The notes under the pieces were generated by a model. That model did no database searches and had not been told where the DNA came from. It saw nothing but the letters and a program-made list of their open reading frames with translations. The translations under genes were made by a program, and so were the position numbers. From an uncultured Fibrobacterota bacterium (GTDB taxonomy: Bacteria; Fibrobacterota; Chitinivibrionia; Chitinivibrionales; FEN-1185), in assembly GCA_963729895.1 (NCBI GenBank), contig CAVSQB010000027.1, positions 40,761 to 104,760 of the forward strand: DNA of 64,000 nt, read 5' to 3'. Positions 60,660 through 64,000 of this stretch are shown one piece after another (positions within the stretch are counted from its first letter, which is position 1; each line of letters starts with the position of its first letter).

Positions 60660-61085
60660 AAGATTGGGCGCCCCGTCCCCACCGGAACGGCGGGCCTCCG
60701 TACGAGCTCGGCCAAGGCCTCGGTACCGCCTGACCGCGATGCCTGGCAGCGCGGTCAGGCAGCCCTGCGCTCCAGCGCACTCTTCCGTCCGCCCTGGCGC
60801 GGCGCAGATGTTGATTGCCAACATGTCAATATCCCCGCAAGCACGGCCAACTCAAAGAATCCTCGGCCAAATTGAAGCATCCAACGTATTCACGCATCGA
60901 CGTGTAAACGGGTTACCCCGGTTTCCACCCTTGGCCTTCCCAACCACACCTCGTGGGTGCCCCACAGCTAAAGGTTGGATTATCGCATATCAATCATCTA
61001 TGGGGTCACCCGGCTCAGCCATCCAAATGTATTTGATTATCGATTTGATAATCGATATTTCCGGCACAGCCATCGGGAAGCATTT
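60660..61085. repeat. Modular intergenic element L9
   Basis: Core from TGGGCGCCCCGTCCCC (60665). Right arm 60947-61072 is nearly identical to 59294-59418. Confidence 0.88.
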
Positions 61086-61349
61086 CTTAATTTTCTTTCA
61101 CGAACTTAACCCAAAACTCCCTGGTTGCCGTAAACGCTGCAGAAGTGATCGGCGTTATCAATTGGCGCGTGTATGCAGCCCCCGCATCACGCATCATTAA
61201 AAACTTCTCTCCTTTTTTCATCGAAAATGTACCCAAATAAATTATACTAATTAGTCTATTCTATTTATATATCAATAACTTCTGTTACTATATTACTATT
61301 TCTTTTGCTTTCTTTTGATCTTGGCATTATATTATCCCCAGGCCCCATC

Positions 61350-62213
61350 ATGAAAAAGAACCGCCTCAACACCCCCATCTTTATCTACGAAGACCACGTG
61401 GACTTCATTCGCGACTGGTATTCGTATGCAAAGCGTTTCGGGCTTACGCAGCGTGAATTTCTTGCCAGGGCCGGGATTAACGCGAATGCATTCCTGTCCG
61501 ACGTTATTGGGCGAAGAAAAAAAATAGGCCGCAGCCATGTTGCGGGATTTGTCAAAGCGCTCGAACTCCGTGGCGACGAAAGGGAATATTTCCGGCTGCT
61601 TGCACAAAAGGGACGGTGCAGAAAACCTGCGGATAAGATACCCGTTTTCGACCGTCTCGCACAGCTCCGGAACGGCAACCTGTCCACGATGCTTGAAAAC
61701 CGCACGTTGGAATATTTCGCGTCGTGGCAATATCCGGTGATCAGGGAGTATGTGGTGTGCAAAGGTTCGGCTTCTTCGGCGAAGGAAATCGTACACGCAT
61801 TGGTCAACCTGAAGCTTTCCACGCATGAAGTAAACCAAGCGCTTGCGAAACTGGTAAAATGGGGCATGATCGTGCACGACAAGGCGGCCGGCCTGTACCG
61901 TCCCGCCGACAAGGGCGCAATCTCCTACAAGAACATGCCGCACCCTGTAGTGAACGACGTGAAAAGAACGCTCATCGAGGCGTCGGTTCATGCCATGGAG
62001 GAAATGCCGAAAGACGAACGCCATATCTCGATGACTATGAAAGGAATCAGCAAAGCATCGTACAACGAACTTTGCACAAAGATCGACGCCCTGCGCAAAG
62101 AATTCCTGGATCGAGACGACCACATGGAATCCGTTGATAGAATAGTCTCGCTGAATATACAGTTGTTCCCGGTCATGAAGATCGACCGGTCGGGGGGGAG
62201 AACGGAGAAGTAA
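61350..62213 (+). CDS. TIGR02147-family putative DNA-binding protein (copy 2)
   Basis: IF.Y.D...F..D.Y, L.L...E.EYF..L, W.YPVIRE, ERHIS..T and LNIQLFP motifs. Confidence 0.85.
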   Translation: MKKNRLNTPIFIYEDHVDFIRDWYSYAKRFGLTQREFLARAGINANAFLSDVIGRRKKIGRSHVAGFVKALELRGDEREYFRLLAQKGRCRKPADKIPVFDRLAQLRNGNLSTMLENRTLEYFASWQYPVIREYVVCKGSASSAKEIVHALVNLKLSTHEVNQALAKLVKWGMIVHDKAAGLYRPADKGAISYKNMPHPVVNDVKRTLIEASVHAMEEMPKDERHISMTMKGISKASYNELCTKIDALRKEFLDRDDHMESVDRIVSLNIQLFPVMKIDRSGGRTEK

Positions 62214-62215
62214 CC

Positions 62216-63463
62216 ATGAATGACAAGGTAAAGTTGATTCTGGCCATCCTCGGCGCGTCGATTTGCTCCGCTCTGGTATCGGGGTGCGGGGTCAATGTCG
62301 CCGGAAGCGGCACCGATTACCCGAACACCAAAGTGTCCGGCATGGTGCATTCCAGTGTTGATGCACCGGTGTCCGGCGCCCGGGTGCAGATTATCGACAA
62401 TGCCGACTGGCTTGCCGACATTATAAACGGACAGCCTGTTGTTCTTGACAGCGCGCGCACCAACGCGTCAGGCGCTTTTGCGATACGGCAGCCTGCTTCC
62501 ACCAGCTGGAACATTCAGATTGACAGCAGGGATGAGGGCCTTCTGGCCCGTGATTTTAGCGCGCTGGTCGACAGCACGAAAGACACCGCGTACCAGTTCA
62601 AGCTCAAGCCCTATGCAACGCTTTCCGGAACAGTGCAGCCGGACGCTGGAACACCGCAGCAGCTTGCGCTGTCAGGCAGCTCTTACGGTACAGTGGTAAA
62701 TGCGGACAAGACCTACGCCTTCCCGGCGCTTGCCGAGGGAGCGTACGTGGTCGTAACCGCAACCGATATTGCCGGCTCTCAGCAGCGCTCCCTGGGCGCT
62801 TCGGTCCAGATGAGGTCGGGCACTGTCGTCGCGGGCCAGACCCTGCCCGCGCCCGTCAACCGCGTTCTGGTTGACGATTTTTCCATCGGCCAGTTTCAAA
62901 CCAATATCGGCAGGACGATCGGGGACGGATGGTGGTACACAGTAAACGACAGCGTTGCAAAGGGAACTTCCACCATAACACTAAGTTTTGTGACCGGCGC
63001 GGAGGCCTACGCGGGCCAGAGCATGCGCGCGGTGTACACCCTTGATTCCTTGAGCGCGGGCCCGTGGGCGCTCATGGGTTTCTTTCTCGGAAAGGACTCG
63101 ACGAATTACGATTTGTCCAATTTGACGGCGCTTTCCTTCATGGCAAAGGGTGCCGGGACCATTGAAGTAAGGTTTTATTCGAAAATGATGGATTCGGTGA
63201 ACGGCAATACCTGGCAGCAGTTTTCATACGTGCTGCCGCTTCCGGGTACCTGGACCTCTGTTGCGATCCCGACCGATTCCCTGCGGCTTCCAGCGAACAG
63301 CCCCGCGTATCAGCAGGGCTATACCTGGGCGCAGGTGGCCCCTACGATACAAATAATCTATTTGATCGCCTATACCCCGCAGAACAATCCGGGGAATACC
63401 ATCACGATGTATCTCGATAATGTATCTCTTGACGGCATGAAACTTGAAACGTTTGTCAAGTAA
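62216..63463 (+). CDS. Lipoprotein with beta-sandwich domains and C-terminal CBM11/CIA30-like domain
   Basis: Lipobox VSGC, LVDDF...WY...D, YDLS....LSF.AKG.G and W..V.IP...L. Confidence 0.78.
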   Translation: MNDKVKLILAILGASICSALVSGCGVNVAGSGTDYPNTKVSGMVHSSVDAPVSGARVQIIDNADWLADIINGQPVVLDSARTNASGAFAIRQPASTSWNIQIDSRDEGLLARDFSALVDSTKDTAYQFKLKPYATLSGTVQPDAGTPQQLALSGSSYGTVVNADKTYAFPALAEGAYVVVTATDIAGSQQRSLGASVQMRSGTVVAGQTLPAPVNRVLVDDFSIGQFQTNIGRTIGDGWWYTVNDSVAKGTSTITLSFVTGAEAYAGQSMRAVYTLDSLSAGPWALMGFFLGKDSTNYDLSNLTALSFMAKGAGTIEVRFYSKMMDSVNGNTWQQFSYVLPLPGTWTSVAIPTDSLRLPANSPAYQQGYTWAQVAPTIQIIYLIAYTPQNNPGNTITMYLDNVSLDGMKLETFVK

Positions 63464-63744
63464 ACGTTCAATAGTATGACCATCACATTGAAGATTCCTC
63501 GCAGCAAGCTGCGAGGAAAAGGCAAATGGCATAATGACTAGTGCGAAGCGTTACCACCATGCCTTTATGAATGAAATGACAATCTTCAATCCCTATGGAA
63601 AAAAACATATCTATAATCGCTCGCTGACCCCGAAGCACCACGACTACGGCTGCATACAACGCTACAGGAGTAGCCGCGCAAGCGAACCTTTGGGGAAAAG
63701 GCAAACGACATAATACTGGGCGCGTAGCGCCACTACCATACCTT

Positions 63745-64000
63745 AGCAGGGTGTTGAAAAAGTCTCCCTTTTGTAAACATTTATCCTTATATTATAGGGG
63801 AACCCCAACCAAGGAGTATTGATGAGAGGTTCCCAGCCAGCCCAAGGCGGTATGTTCAGCTTCGTTTCTCCGGATTCCCGAGTGCCGGCAACGCACCCGC
63901 TTCGTCGTGTCAAACAGTTTACGGACATAGCGCTGCGCCGCCTTTCTCGTGACTTTGAGGCGATGTACAGCCGGATGGGGCGCCCTTCGATACCGCCGGA
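63745..64000 (+). mobile_element. IS5-type element, left end and partial transposase (ATG 63822)
   Basis: End AGCAGGGTGTTGAAAAAG. Translation MRGSQPAQGGMFSFVSPDSRVPATHPLRR...YS..GRPSIPP runs off the window. Confidence 0.85.

Overview
A 64-kb bacterial chromosomal window. Two TIGR02147-type regulator genes and C-terminally tagged secreted enzymes suggest Fibrobacterota (Chitinivibrionia-like); this is an inference. It encodes secreted glycan and redox proteins (GH116-like, GH105, beta-helix, di-haem DUF1111, Tos1/DUF2403-like lipoprotein) and two TIGR02147 + lipoprotein pairs. It also has a sigma54/NifA-like ammonium cluster (amtB, PII, DUF1646, putative porin, kup) and a housekeeping block (PPIases, GGDEF/STAS, CvpA, prepilin peptidase, MFS, signal peptidase). 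Four IS elements are present: one IS1182, two identical inverted IS5 copies with TTAA target duplications, and a partial IS5-type element at the right edge. A decayed defence-like gene and a 5'-truncated REP-associated tyrosine transposase (RAYT) are also present. The most unusual signal is a family of modular, highly palindromic intergenic elements at about 10 loci. Their left arms carry an 18-nt repeat alternating with AT-rich spacers that are reused between loci. Their right arms carry the inverted motif, and the core occurs in either orientation. Near-identical copies sit as direct repeats around single genes or gene blocks, giving a cassette-like layout between about 37.7 and 50 kb. No rRNA, tRNA or cas genes were recognised. 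All family assignments come from motif recognition by eye, not database searches.
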